Source of the DNA: Octopus sinensis
Lineage: Eukaryota
NCBI RefSeq assembly: GCF_006345805.1
Contig: NC_042998.1
Span: forward strand, 17,980,001-18,044,000
Reading direction: 5' to 3'
Length of the DNA: 64,000 bases
Below, one piece after another: positions 38,815-52,798 of this stretch. The notes beneath the pieces were generated by a model. That model was not told where the DNA came from. It made no database searches and saw only the letters and a program-made list of their open reading frames with translations. Made by a program: the position numbers and the translations under genes. The stretch's first letter is position 1, and the number at the start of each line of letters is the position of its first letter.

Positions 38815-39410
38815 TAATAATAATAATAATAATAGCCATGAACAAGGTAGCACCAATAATTAGAATTATATAATTATAATTATATTTGCCTTTCATCCTT
38901 TCTGTGTCGGTGAAATAAATACCAGTTATACCCTAGGGGCGATGTAATCGACTAGCTCCCTCCCCACAAATTTTAGGCCTTGTGCCTTTAATAGAAAGGG
39001 TTCTTCTTCTTCTTCTTCTTCTTCTTCTTCTTCTTCTTCTTCTTCTTCTTCTCTTCTTCTTCTTCTTCTTCTTCTTCTTCTTTTTCTTCTTCTTCCTCTT
39101 CTTCTCCTTCTTCTCTTTCTTCTTCTCCTCTCTCTTGTTGTTGTTGTTGTTGTTATGCTTCTTCTTCTTCTTCTTCTTCTTCTTCTTCTACTCTTCTACT
39201 CTTCTTCTTCTTCTTCTCCCTCTTCTTCTTCTTCTTCTTGCTCTTGTTCTTGTTCTTCTTGTTCTTGTTTTTCTTCTTCTTCTTCTTCTTCTTCTTCTTC
39301 TTCTTCTTCTTCTTTTTCTTCTCCTTCTTCTCCTCTTCCTCCTCCTTCTTCTTCTTCTTTTCTCCTTACCTTCCTCCTCCTCCTCCTCCTCCTCCTTCTC
39401 CTTCTTCTTT
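38680..39410. repeat. (TAA)n and (TCT)n microsatellites with a partial family B-like SINE between
   Basis: Direct reading. Confidence 0.85.
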
Positions 39411-40582
39411 TGTCATAAGACAACAAGAGATTGCTACTTTCGAGTGAAGGGTGTAGTCAATTAAATCAACTGCAGTACATTTTCTAGAGCATAGTTTTTA
39501 TTGGCATCGGGAAAAGTTAAACGGTGAAACTGGAGTCATTTACCTCAGAACAGATAGATAGATAGATGATAATTAGACGGTGTATACGTCATAGGTTGTC
39601 CTGCCATAGGAACAATAAAACTAAATAAACAATGAGAAATATGATGATAAAAATCAACAGATATAAAATGGTTGGAACGTTGGTTGAGGAATGCTTGATA
39701 GTGAAAATAAAACCGATAGGAAGTTGCCTTATAAAAATAGAGTGCGTATCTCTCGAAATAGATATATTTGTTTTATATTACTAAGGAAACAACCATGGTG
39801 CTTATATATTTAGATGCGTGTATGTGTGTATATGTGTGTCTGAGGCTGTGTATGTGTGTGTATGTGTGTGTGTGTGTGTGTTGAATTATATACATGGGCG
39901 TTTTTAAATGCATATTTTAACATCTACGTGTAATAAATATGTATGGATGTTAACGTATGTTTTTATATATATGTGTTTGTATGTAATGCAACGTTCAGCG
40001 TATATGTAACCTACCTCCAACTTCTCAGCAAATTCACATTTTGCATCAAGTAATCCGTTCATGCGCAAAAGAAGCTTACATGGAACCACACCCTGTCAAT
40101 CAGGATTCTGTTTTCCCTGTGGTATTATTTTTTCCCTGTCTATATGTCTGCTAATTTCTTTCACTCACATTCCTACCACATTTCCTGCATTACTCACTTG
40201 CTTTAAATTTTGCATGTATGAATATTCGAATAGTATTACTGCAAACATATATTCGTGTTTATTCATTAATTCCGAACCGAGCATGTTTTTCATGACTGCT
40301 CAGTGTTTCCCAGTTCTAATACGTTCAACGAAGCGTATAATAAAAATATTATAGATTTCAAAATGTTCGAACCGTTCGTAGATTGCTAAGTTCAGAAATT
40401 GTTCCTAATGAAAATCAATTTGTATTTAGTTGCTGTGTAATAATAAGTATTCTTTCTAATTACAGGGTTCCGGGTTCAGTCTCAGTACGTGGCACCTTGG
40501 GCAAGTGTCTTCAAGTGAAGTCTTCGGCTGACCAACGCCTTATGAAAGGATTTGGTAAACAAAAACTGAACGGTGCTTGTCG

Positions 40583-40651
<69 letters not shown>

Positions 40652-40711
40652 ATATAATATATATATATATATGCATATATACACACATGTATATACATAT
40701 ATATGTATATG

Positions 40712-40942
40712 AAGGCGGCGAGCTGGCAGAAACGTTAGCACGCCGGGCGAAATGCGTTGCCGTATTTCGTCTGCCGTTACGTTCCGAGTTCAAATTTCGC
40801 CGATGTCGACTTTGCCTTTCATTCTTCCGGGGTCGATAAATTAAGTACCAGTTACGCACTGGGGTCGATGTAATCGACTTAATCCGTTTGTCTGTCCTTG
40901 TTTGTCTCCTCTGTGTTTAGCCCCTTGTGGGTTGTAAAGAAA
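40712..40942 (+). mobile_element. SINE family B
   Basis: Family B consensus. Confidence 0.9.
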
Positions 40943-41114
40943 TATATATATGTATATACACATGCATATATGGGTACAGGACGTAAAAAATCGTAAACAA
41001 CATGAGAAACGAGAACATGAAATACGAAAATATGGAAAACGAACTTAGTTGTCCACTGTTTTGATCCACTCTGCATTTCGAAATATTTCCATGCTTCACC
41101 GCTAAATCCACAAG

Positions 41115-41275
41115 GTTCCTTTTATTCTCTCTCTGTTTATTTTCTCTTATTCCTTTCTGTTGAAGAGCGTAGACTCGAAACGTAAAAAGACATCTTCACT
41201 TTCCAAGCTCATACACCTGCTTGTAGTTCATGCACCTGTCTTCGTCTTTTGTTTTTCTGTAAATCTGAACTATGT
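41115..41275 (+). mobile_element. PLE pLTR-like repeat with decayed hammerhead (about 41155-41190)
   Basis: CTGTTGA-A-GAGC gtag ACTC-GAAACGT; same family as 14605. Confidence 0.7.
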
Positions 41276-41794
41276 ACATGTGTGTATGTAAACGTGTGTG
41301 TGTGTGTGTGAGTGCGTGTGTGTTAGTATTTGTTCTCATCTCCGCCGCTTGACATGTGTTTTTGTCTTGTTTGCGTCTCCATAACTTAGCGGTCCAGGAA
41401 AAAGACCAACAGAGTAAGTATTAGACTTCAAAAATAAGTACAGGGTCTGATTTGTTCTAGTAAGCATTTCAAGGCTGCCCATGTATGGACGCTGTCCAAG
41501 GACAGAAACGAGTAAAAGGTAAAATATATTTTTTGATTCTAAACTGTACCAAATTTTTGGATTTAGGACAGTAGCAGCACAAAGGGGTGAGAGGATGCGG
41601 CTGAGAGGAAGGCCATAGTGCAGCTAAGAAGAATGACACACACATAAAAATATACATACACACATATACACACACATGCACACACACACACACACTCACT
41701 CAAATACGCACGCAAACGCATGCACACATAAGGATAAACATCTTAGAAGAACAGAATGGAGTAAGTGGAACAAGGGCGCACACGAAAAGGAAAA

Positions 41795-41841
41795 TTGTTA
41801 CTGAAGAGGTCACAGATGTGTGACGAAAAAATTCCGGGCAA
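41795..41841 (+). ncRNA. Hammerhead-like motif
   Basis: CTGAAGA-G-GTCACA gatg TGTGAC-GAA-AAAATT-C; 6-bp stem II, poor stem I. Confidence 0.5.
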
Positions 41842-42229
41842 TGGACATGAGTTAAAATAGATAAAATAAGAACAGTAATAGACGAAGGAAGAACAAACAT
41901 ATAGTGCGTGTCTTTATTTAGCAATGAAAAAAAGGATCATCCCAAAATATAACAAGATTCTAAATTACTTATTATTATATCATTTTTATTGAAAGCATTC
42001 ATTTTCCGTAATCAAAGATTAAAGAATCTCACACAATTAGCTAATGTGTCTTTCATGGAAGATTAAACAAAGTGGTATACGCTTACCATAGAGATAAATT
42101 CATGAAAAGAATGAGTGCTATCACCTGCACCTACCTAAAAGTGAAATTCCAATAAGCCGTTGACTTATAAATTTGTCCTCTCTTCATATATATTTTAAGA
42201 CATTTAATGTTTCATGCAATATACTGATA

Positions 42230-42630
42230 TAGTGGCTGTGAAGTAAGTAGCTTGTTTACTAACACTTGGTTCCGGGTTCAGTCCCACTGCGTGGCACCTT
42301 GGGCAAGTGTCTTCTACTATAGCCTCGGGCCGACAAAAAGCCTTGTGAGTGGATTTGGTAGACGGAAACTGAAAGAAGCCCGTCATATATATGTTTATAT
42401 ATATATGCGTGTGTGTGTTTGTGTGTCTGTGCTTCTCCCCCTAGCATTGCTTGACAACCGATGCTGGTGTGTTTATGTCCCCGTTACTTAGCGGTTCGGC
42501 AAAAGAGACCGATAGAATAAGTACTGGACTTACAAAAGAATAAGTCCCGGGGTCGAGTTGTTCGATTAAAGGCGGTGCTCCAGCATGGCCGCAGTCAAAT
42601 GACTGAAACAAGTAAAAGAGTAAAAGAGTA
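42230..42630 (+). mobile_element. SINE family A
   Basis: Family A consensus. Confidence 0.9.
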
Positions 42631-42699
42631 TGAACATTTGATAGGGATTTCGGTGCTTGGGCTTGCTTACCCTTATTAGGCAGTTTAATAATTATTCCA

Positions 42700-42907
42700 A
42701 ATTTTTGCTACAAGGGCAGTTTGGAGGAGGTGAGAATGAGTCGATTATATCGACCCCAGTGTTGAACAGGTACTTATTTTATCGACCCCAAAATGAATGA
42801 AAGGCAAAGTCGACCGCAGCGGATTTTGAACTCACAGCGTAGCGGCAGACGAAATACCGCTAAGCATTTCGCCCTGCGTGCTAACGTTTCTACCAGCTCG
42901 CCGCCTT
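42700..42907 (-). mobile_element. Family B-like SINE (alternative 3' tail)
   Basis: B head and central domain, different tail. Confidence 0.75.
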
Positions 42908-43102
42908 TTTTAGACAGCCTAATAATGGCGAGCATACCGAACCGTCAAAGTCGCTTTTATTATTGTCCTTCTAAAAAATTACAGATAGGCACACAGTTGA
43001 AAAAGCATCTGGTAATCCTTTCTCAGATTAATAATATTTCTGTATGTACTCCACATACAATAGATATTAAACTAAACTGGCACTGTGTCGCTTATGATGA
43101 CT

Positions 43103-43330
43103 AGCTGTTCCGATCAACGGAAGCAACCTGCTCGTGAAATTACTGTGCAAGTGGCCGAGTACTCCACAGACACGCGTACCCTTAACGTAGGTCACAGGGA
43201 GATTCAGCCTGACACAGAGTGTGACAATGGTGGTCCTTTGAAATACAGATACTACTTTCTTTGGCAACTGAGTGAATTGTAGCAATGTGATACTAAGTGT
43301 CTTGCTCAAGGACACAACGCGCGGGAATCA
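43103..43330 (-). mobile_element. SINE family C2
   Basis: Similar to 28364-28675. Confidence 0.75.
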
Positions 43331-43450
43331 AACATGTATATATATGCATAAGTATGAAAATTGAGTAAAATATACTTCAAAGTACAGTTTTAGTTGAGTA
43401 CAGAACGTAACATGAAATTATGTAAATGACACAAAAAAACATGCAATGAA

Positions 43451-43867
43451 CTGTATTATTGTATACCTATTTCTTTACTACCCACAAGGGGCTAAACACA
43501 GAGGGGACAAACAAGGACAGACATAGGTATTAAGTCGATTACATCAACCCCAGTGCGTAACTGGTACTTAATTTATCGACCCCGAAAGGATGTATTATTG
43601 TATACCTATTTCTTTACTACCCACAAGGGACTAAACAAGACAGACATAGGTATTAAGTCGATTACATCAACCCCAGTGCGTAACTGGTACTTAATTTTTC
43701 GACCCCGAAAGGATGTATTATCGTATACCTATTTCTTTATTACCCACAAGGGGCTAAATACAAAGGGGACAAACAAGGACAGACATAGGTATTAAGTCGA
43801 TTACATCAACCCCAGTGCGTAACTGGTACTTAATTTATCGACCCAGAAAGGATGTATTATTGTATAC
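43451..43867 (-). mobile_element. Triplicated 5'-truncated family B SINE with target sequence between units
   Basis: gtatta(t/c)gtatacc at about 43452, 43591, 43714, 43852 separates three identically truncated units. Confidence 0.9.
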
Positions 43868-43923
43868 CGTTTCTGCTGTAAGATACTGCGATTAAGGTTT
43901 TGAGTGCGTTTAATTTTTATCGT

Positions 43924-44180
43924 GGAGGCGCGTGGCTTAGTGGCTAGGGTGTCGTAAGATCGTAAGATTGTGTTTTCGATTCCTGGACCGGGCGATGCGT
44001 TGTGTTCTTGAGCAAAACACTTCATTTCTCGTTGCTCCAATCCACTCAGCTAGCAAAAGTAATGAGTAACGCTGCGATGGACTGGCGTCCCGTCCAGCTG
44101 GAGAACACATACGCCATAGAAACCGGGAAACCGGGCCCATGAGCCTGGCTAGGCTTTAAAAGGGCGCATTTATTTATTTA
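43924..44180 (+). mobile_element. SINE family D (V-SINE-like)
   Basis: tRNA head, CORE-like segment, ctgcgatggactggcgtcccgtccag (44072-44097) resembling the V-domain; (ATTT)n tail. Confidence 0.75.
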
Positions 44181-44549
44181 ATTTTTATCAATCATCGACT
44201 ACGTTTTCGTCATGTGACTATCATCAACCAACCACACTGCTTTTACATCTGAAAACGAATACAGGATGACATTGGCATTTAAGGGATATATCATAAATAT
44301 TTATAAGTTTTGGAAAAAGTGAATATTTTAAACATATTTGAAACTCTGTTTATGAAAAAAAAATACCATTAAGTTACTGCGAAATATTTAAATTAGTAAT
44401 AACCGCCAAATTCCACCCAGACGCGAGACCCTTGAAGCCAAATCCGAGAACTATAAATAGTCTACTCACATTTCATTTTCAATTGAAGATACTGAAAACA
44501 GTTATGGTTTCTGATCATTGTGAAACTAAAAAGTTTAGCGCCCACTGAT

Positions 44550-44960
44550 TGACAAACCAGACACGTTTTATCTTGTCAAAGTCTGTATCCCTTGATTTGA
44601 ATATACTTATGTAAACTAATTTTTATCTTATCATTATAAAAGAAAAATTATATTACCTGATCTGAATGCTTTTTTATATAAACTATTCTTTGATTCATCA
44701 CAGAGGATACACATGACAAACCAGACACGTTTTATCTTTTTGTCAAAGACTATATTACTTCATCGGAATATATTCATGTAAACACATTTTTATTTTATCA
44801 TTGTGAAAATAAAAATGATCGGAATGGTTCTATGTAAACCATTTTTTGACTTTGCACAGAGTATACAGAAAGCCTCATATCTTATCATTCTCAAAGACTC
44901 TATCACTTGATTTGAATACCTTTATATAAACTTATCTTTAACACCACAGGTGGTACACAA
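44550..44960. repeat. Degenerate tandem repeat, unit about 165 bp
   Basis: gacaaaccagacacgttttatct at about 44551 and 44716; caaag.ct.tat.c.ct..att.gaata repeated three times. Confidence 0.65.
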
Positions 44961-45087
44961 AGCCTCACACTTTACTTGTGAAAATCTTTTGAAATAAATA
45001 AAACCGTTTAAGTAAATAAATGCTTTTAAAATACTCCTGTATTTTCAGATTCCTTTTCTTATATTTTCAAACCCACAACGTAATTTG

Positions 45088-45190
<103 letters not shown>

Positions 45191-45557
45191 GCCTCGTGTG
45201 TATATGTTCTCCTTTTCTTTTGGCGACTTTGCTGATGAAACAAGCCAATCGTAAACGGATTTAATTTAATTTAATTAAGTTCGATTGCGTAAAAATTGTT
45301 GAAACCTTGCAGGGTACAAAGTTGAAAGGGATAAATGTTTTTATTTCTCCTTTAGCTTTCAGAATTACTACTATTTTTGCGGTTTGAGTTTGGCTGCTCT
45401 TTTCAAGTGAGTTGAACGACCTGTCAGGGTCATTCCTTAATACTTTTGTTGAATATATTATATAGTCTGTGACTATTTCTATTTTCTCACTTGACCGCTG
45501 GTTGCAGAAAATTTTTCTTGAATTCTTCTTGAATTTTTTGCTACCCTATATTGATAA

Positions 45558-45590
<33 letters not shown>

Positions 45591-45713
45591 ATATATATAT
45601 TATGTATATATATATATATTTATGTATATATATATGTATAAATACATAATATATATATATGTATATATATATATACATATATATAGATATATATTCATAC
45701 ATGCATACATACA

Positions 45714-45745
<32 letters not shown>

Positions 45746-45774
45746 CATACATCTTTAGTTTTTGTGAATTCTCC

Positions 45775-46700
45775 TCCTATATATACATAGATCTATATAG
45801 GGACGACGGTTTTGGAATAGTAAAGAACAGAAACGGACGCGATATGGATATGATAAGGGAAACATTATGCAAAATATTTTACCAAGTGAATCTAAAAACT
45901 ACAATTAACACTAACTTTAATTAATATGAATCTGAGGACAGACAAACGCAAGTCCTACTATAATCCAAATGAATGTTTTAGCGACCCATCACTAATAATC
46001 AAAGAATTAGGTAAGAACATGAGTAGGTGTGATTCCAACCTATCCGCTATTAAGGCACTCTCATACTACAACGCCGCATTAGGAAGATCCAATTTTCAGA
46101 ATAGCATAACTAATATTGAATCAAATGTAGATAGACCAACATGCTTTGACAAAAGAAAATATGATGGCACAATCCTTTATATAGCATGAATGTGGCCATG
46201 AGCATTGCTAGAAAACTCCTGGAACTCAGATAACTACTTCCCTCACTCACATAAATACCAGTAGACCTTCAATAGCAATACGATCAAAGTTAGCTATAGC
46301 TGCCTTCCCAACATAGCATCGATCATTTTTAACCAGAAAAAATACGAATATTAGGACCCCACAGTTGAAGTTCCTGTAATTTTAGATCACCGGACAACTG
46401 CAGGCTGAACGATAGAGTCATGGAGAAAGAATTAGTTTATAAGACCAGCATTGCTCTTTTAAACGAAACAACAAAATGACGGGAAACACCTTCAAAGAAA
46501 GATATACGCAGCATTTAGATTCGTTCAGAGACAAAAGCAAAAGAAGCACATCTTTCTCTAGTATGGTACGGATACTCTTAGAGGGGAAAATCAACGACCC
46601 CTTATAAGCCGGAGCGGCGTAGCTAAGACAAGAAAATACGGGGATAGAGCATCGCAAGCGGGTTCTGCATTACCAAATAACTAAATATCATAGCAGCAAC
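45775..46700 (+). mobile_element. Decayed Penelope-like element, Naiad-type RT and GIY-YIG
   Basis: DLYRDDG, YYNAALGRSNF, FNSNTIKVSYSCLPNI, TGNTFKERYTQH across stops and frameshifts. Confidence 0.75.
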
Positions 46701-47080
46701 AGTGAATTTCTTCAATATTATAGAAGAAGGCAACTTTTCATACTTCAAAGCAACTTTTCATACTTCAAAATTTCTGTCACGACATGCTATCCAATTCACC
46801 ATCAGCGAAAGCAGATACGTTTGGATATCGATTATAAATACATTATGCATTTTCTCGACATTATGCATAAAAGACATATACTCCCATGAAATTGTACATA
46901 TGAATATATATATTTATATGTATGCAGAGCACATATTCATGTCGTCATGTAATTCTCAGGAAAGCCTCAATGGATGAACTTATGAATTTACAACTTTATG
47001 AAGCAAGTTTAGCGTCAAAAATCTGTGAAGTCCCAGATTTGTGCTCATATCAAGCATAAAGAAAATATATAATGGTGGTG

Positions 47081-47152
<72 letters not shown>

Positions 47153-47164
47153 GGGAAATTAAAA

Positions 47165-47480
47165 AGTAAACAAGAGACGAATATAGGTGGTGTAAACAAC
47201 AAATATATATATTAGTATAACGCTCGGGAAGTGAAAAATTCTTTAACGCTTCGAGCCTACGCCCTTCCACAGAAAGGAATGCAGTAAGAAACAAGGAGAG
47301 AAAATAAAGAATGTGTAGTGGCTAGAGATCTATCATGGCGAATGCTGGACGGAAGGGTCACTTAGGAGAGCTAGGGAGAAGGAGAGATAATAAAGTAGTG
47401 GTGATCCCAAAACGAAGGTGCGCATGCGTGCGTGTAAGAGAGTTTGTATGTGCGTGTGTAAGAGGGCTGGTGACCCTGAC
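47165..47480 (-). mobile_element. PLE pLTR-like repeat with decayed hammerhead (about 47240-47274)
   Basis: Minus: CTGTGGA-A-GGGC gtag GCTC-GAAGCGTT; family of 14605/41115. Confidence 0.65.
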
Positions 47481-47819
47481 GTTTGCATGTGTGTGTGTAG
47501 GTGTGAAAATGTGGGTCTGGGAAGTCGTCAGTGCTGATGTGTGCGTGGTGGTGTGTTGTGATGTGATGTGCTGTGTGGTATGGTGGTGTAAGGTGTAGTG
47601 GTGTGTAGTGTGGTGTGATGGTGTTAGGAGATGGGGAGGCGACTGTGGGGAACGCAAACATATATGTATATATATATATATATATACACATATGTATATA
47701 TACATACGTATATGTACGTATGTATACATATGAATATATATATACAACATATATATATGTACATATGTATATATATATACATATATACATATATGTATAT
47801 ATATATGTACGTATGCATA

Positions 47820-47873
<54 letters not shown>

Positions 47874-47983
47874 TACATAGTAGCATTATTTGTTAGTTCA
47901 TTACGTTATTTTTACTGTTGTCTGGTTATGTTATTTATTGTAAGTAACAAATTACGTTTACAACAGATTTATAGAAACACACA

Positions 47984-48270
47984 TATGTGGTATGATCAAT
48001 AAGTATCCGGAATGTTACATTAATAACAAAGCTAAACCACGCAGAGTAAAGCCGCTAAGCAGAGACTGATCCTAAATTCCGTTGTGCATGCTCACTAAGT
48101 TTTAACGTTCTAGCTCACCTCCGCTGTTTACAACAGTGCTCTGAAAGAACGTGCGGAGAATGTGATCGTCGCATTGAACACGACAAAGAAAAATATGAGT
48201 AGAGAATCTGCATCAAATTTTGCCAAAAATTTGGCGAAACCTGCTTAGAGGCCTATGCAAAGTTTTCAAT
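47984..48270 (+). mobile_element. Mariner 5' end (TIR and transposase N-terminus)
   Basis: ta-tgtggtatgatcaataagtatccgga TIR-like start; RICIKFCQKFGETCLEAY resembles the Mariner N-terminal HTH. Confidence 0.75.
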
Positions 48271-48676
48271 GTTCTCGAAACAAAGAGATCTTGAGCAAGT
48301 AGTAGTAGTAGTAGTAGTAAGTAGTAGTAATAGTAGTAGTAGTAGTAGTAGTATAGTAGTAGTAGTAGTAGTAGTAGTAGTAGGTGGAGGAGGAGGGGTG
48401 AGTGAGAAATAGAGAGAGAGAGAGAGCTAGGGCGATGATCTAGCTAAATCGCTATATCAAAGTATAATTTGAAGATTAACTTTGCGAGCAGCTACCAAGG
48501 TACAGCTGGACGGAGAAAGGGATCCTTACTGATATTGAAAGATACATGCATGCAGACATACATACATACATACATACATACATACATACATACTTACATA
48601 CATACATTCATGCATACATACATACATATACACACACACACACACATACATACATACATACATACATACTTACATA

Positions 48677-48848
48677 CAGCTGCCGGACGAGATCGTGAAG
48701 ATGCCGACGACCGCTCGGTTCAAAGTCTCCCTTGACCACAAGTGGCCTGAACTCTTTACATGAACACCACCCTGTACATAGCTCCATGCCCCCCTACATG
48801 GCCTTGATTTTGCTTTTTGAGCCAAAAAATTAACTAACTAACTAACAT
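48677..48848 (+). mobile_element. CR1-group LINE 3' end
   Basis: LPDEIVKMPTTARFKVSLD C-terminal motif, stop at about 48763, (TAAC)n tail. Confidence 0.7.
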
Positions 48849-49341
48849 ACGTACATTCATTCATACATACATTCATACATACATACATACATTCATACAT
48901 ATATACATACATTCATACATATATACATACATACATATATACATACATACATACATATTTGCAAAGAAACACACAGATATAAAAATCTCTCTCTTCATAT
49001 GCCTGATAGTTTTTAGTTGTCTGAACTTTGCTACCATTGATTTGATTGCAATAGTTTTGTCGTCGGCACACAGTGAATAAATAACAAAGTTCTCTTCGAA
49101 TCTCTACGATACCTGATTGCCCATCCTACGTGAAATAGCCAAACCTTACTCCTTGTCAAAACTTGAGATATTGTACAGTAGTTCTCTATCTCCTATCCCT
49201 CTCTTTCTTCTCTTCCTCTTTCTCTCTTCCCATCTCCTCTCTCTCTCTCCTACCTTTCTCTTTCTCTTTCTTTTCCCCTCTCTCTCTCCACTCTCTGTCA
49301 CCATCTTGACATACATATGATATAACCATCGATTTATTGGC

Positions 49342-50998
<1,657 letters not shown>

Positions 50999-51096
50999 GA
51001 AATAGACAAACCTTCCTCCTTCTCTAAACTTGAGATATTGTACAGTAGCTCTCTATCTCCTATCTCCCTCTTTCCTCTCTCTCTCTTTCTCTCTTC

Positions 51097-51395
51097 CACG
51101 GGCGTATGGCGTAGTGGTTAAGAGCACGGGCTACTAACCCCAAGATTCTGCGTTCGACTCCAAGTAGTTACCTTAACAATAATTATAATAATAATAATAA
51201 TAATGATGGCATCGAAGAATACCTTAGGAATGAGAACCCGGGTTCGAAATTTCCCCAAGACACCTGAAGAAGGCTGGAAAGTATATCTGCTGAAACGTTG
51301 TGTCAACAACAAACAAGATGAAGACAAATATCCGTCGAATGTAAATAATGTAAATAATGTAAATGATGTACATAATTCTTCATCTCTTAAATATA
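51097..51395 (+). mobile_element. tRNA-headed, hammerhead-tailed element, copy 2
   Basis: A box tggcgtagtgg (51107), B box gttcgactcc (51152), hammerhead ACAC-CTGAAGA..GAA-ACGT-T-GTGT at 51260-51303. Confidence 0.85.
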
Positions 51396-52754
51396 GGACT
51401 GGACTTTTTGGCTTATTGTATAATTGAAGTTACAGATCTTTGTAAATTGCTTGTCGATGTCATGGGATATATAAATGAATAAAACGCAACCTCTGATAGA
51501 AAGAAGAATGCATTTGCCAGCAGCTTTATGTCTCAATGATACAGCACAACCTAATTTCAATGGGGCTGCAGTACCAACGTGTAACCTCGACGTAGTAATA
51601 ATTTTACGATTAATTTCACCAGGAATACACATACAATGTCTATTCCCCACATGTTAGAAGGATTTACTCTTCTGGGGTCGTTAAGGATATTAGACTCCCC
51701 CTCAGTATTGATGTAACACAAATTCTTCCTATTCATTACACACTCGCTAGTTTATTCTCTCAGCTGTTTCCAGCAAAATATATTCATACAGTGTACACTC
51801 GCACATATATACGTACATATGCAAGCGTACGTGCGTGTCGGTGTATGTGAGTGTGTACATATATGTGCACGAGTGTGTGCTTGTGTATGTTTGCTTCACG
51901 CAATGTCTATGCGCAAGCGCAATGGGCACAGCTACCTGTGTTTCGATTTTGACAGTTGTTTATTAATATGCGCATTTTTATGAAAGCGAGTGACCTAAGA
52001 TGGTTATAAGCTTCTGCTGAACCAAGATTGTGTAAGATATTTCTATAATAGATTTAGCTTTTTCACTTCACTTACAAAATGTAAATGTAATATTCTACCG
52101 TAGGCAATAGATTAAATAGACTGACGAGTTTGCTGACACCAATTTATCTTTAACATCCTTACTGTTGGCAAGTTCATCAATGGTCACCGAACGCGACATT
52201 AATGATTAAAACGTTTATCCTCCTACTCTGGTATCAACTTAATTTCCAACACTTCGATATTTTCTGTTTTAATATTTCTTTTCTATTAGATATATTCCGT
52301 GCCATTCTTCATTTCTCATCCGAGGTGTTTCTATTTTCAATAATAACAAGTTTTATATGTGAGTCAAAGAGCGAGTAACCTAGAACATTCTGCCGCAATA
52401 TTTAATTTTGAAGGAGAAGGCCGACATTTCTTCTCTGTATAAATAAATGACTAGAGAATCTCTAAGACCTAACATGTAGTATCGATTTGTTACATTTATA
52501 GAAGGTCTCAGACTTAAGTGAAATGCTGTAAAGAGGTAATGTGTGAAGCATGTGACTATTGTTATGAATTTCTTTGACTATGTATACTGTTTGCTTTGTT
52601 CGTTAATCTATGAGTTACTATATATTTAACTATTAACTATGAACAATATATATATATATAATATTAATTAGAGACAAAACCACTATTTTGCAAATCAAAC
52701 AAGGAAAGACTTAATCAATACATAAAAAAATTTTAATATAAAGTAAATAAATCG

Positions 52755-52798
52755 CCACTACAATTGTTTCCTGTCTTCAAATGACATTCATCAGGTGG
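52755..52798 (-). ncRNA. Minimal type I hammerhead
   Basis: CCAC-CTGATGA-ATGTC atttgaa GACAG-GAA-ACAATTGT-A-GTGG. Confidence 0.75.

Noticed and set aside
45225-45260. CTGATGA hammerhead candidate
   Set aside because: No convincing stem II or GAAA
51097-51165. tRNA-Ser(ACT)-like gene
   Set aside because: No proper acceptor stem or long variable arm; it is the head of a repeat present in two copies
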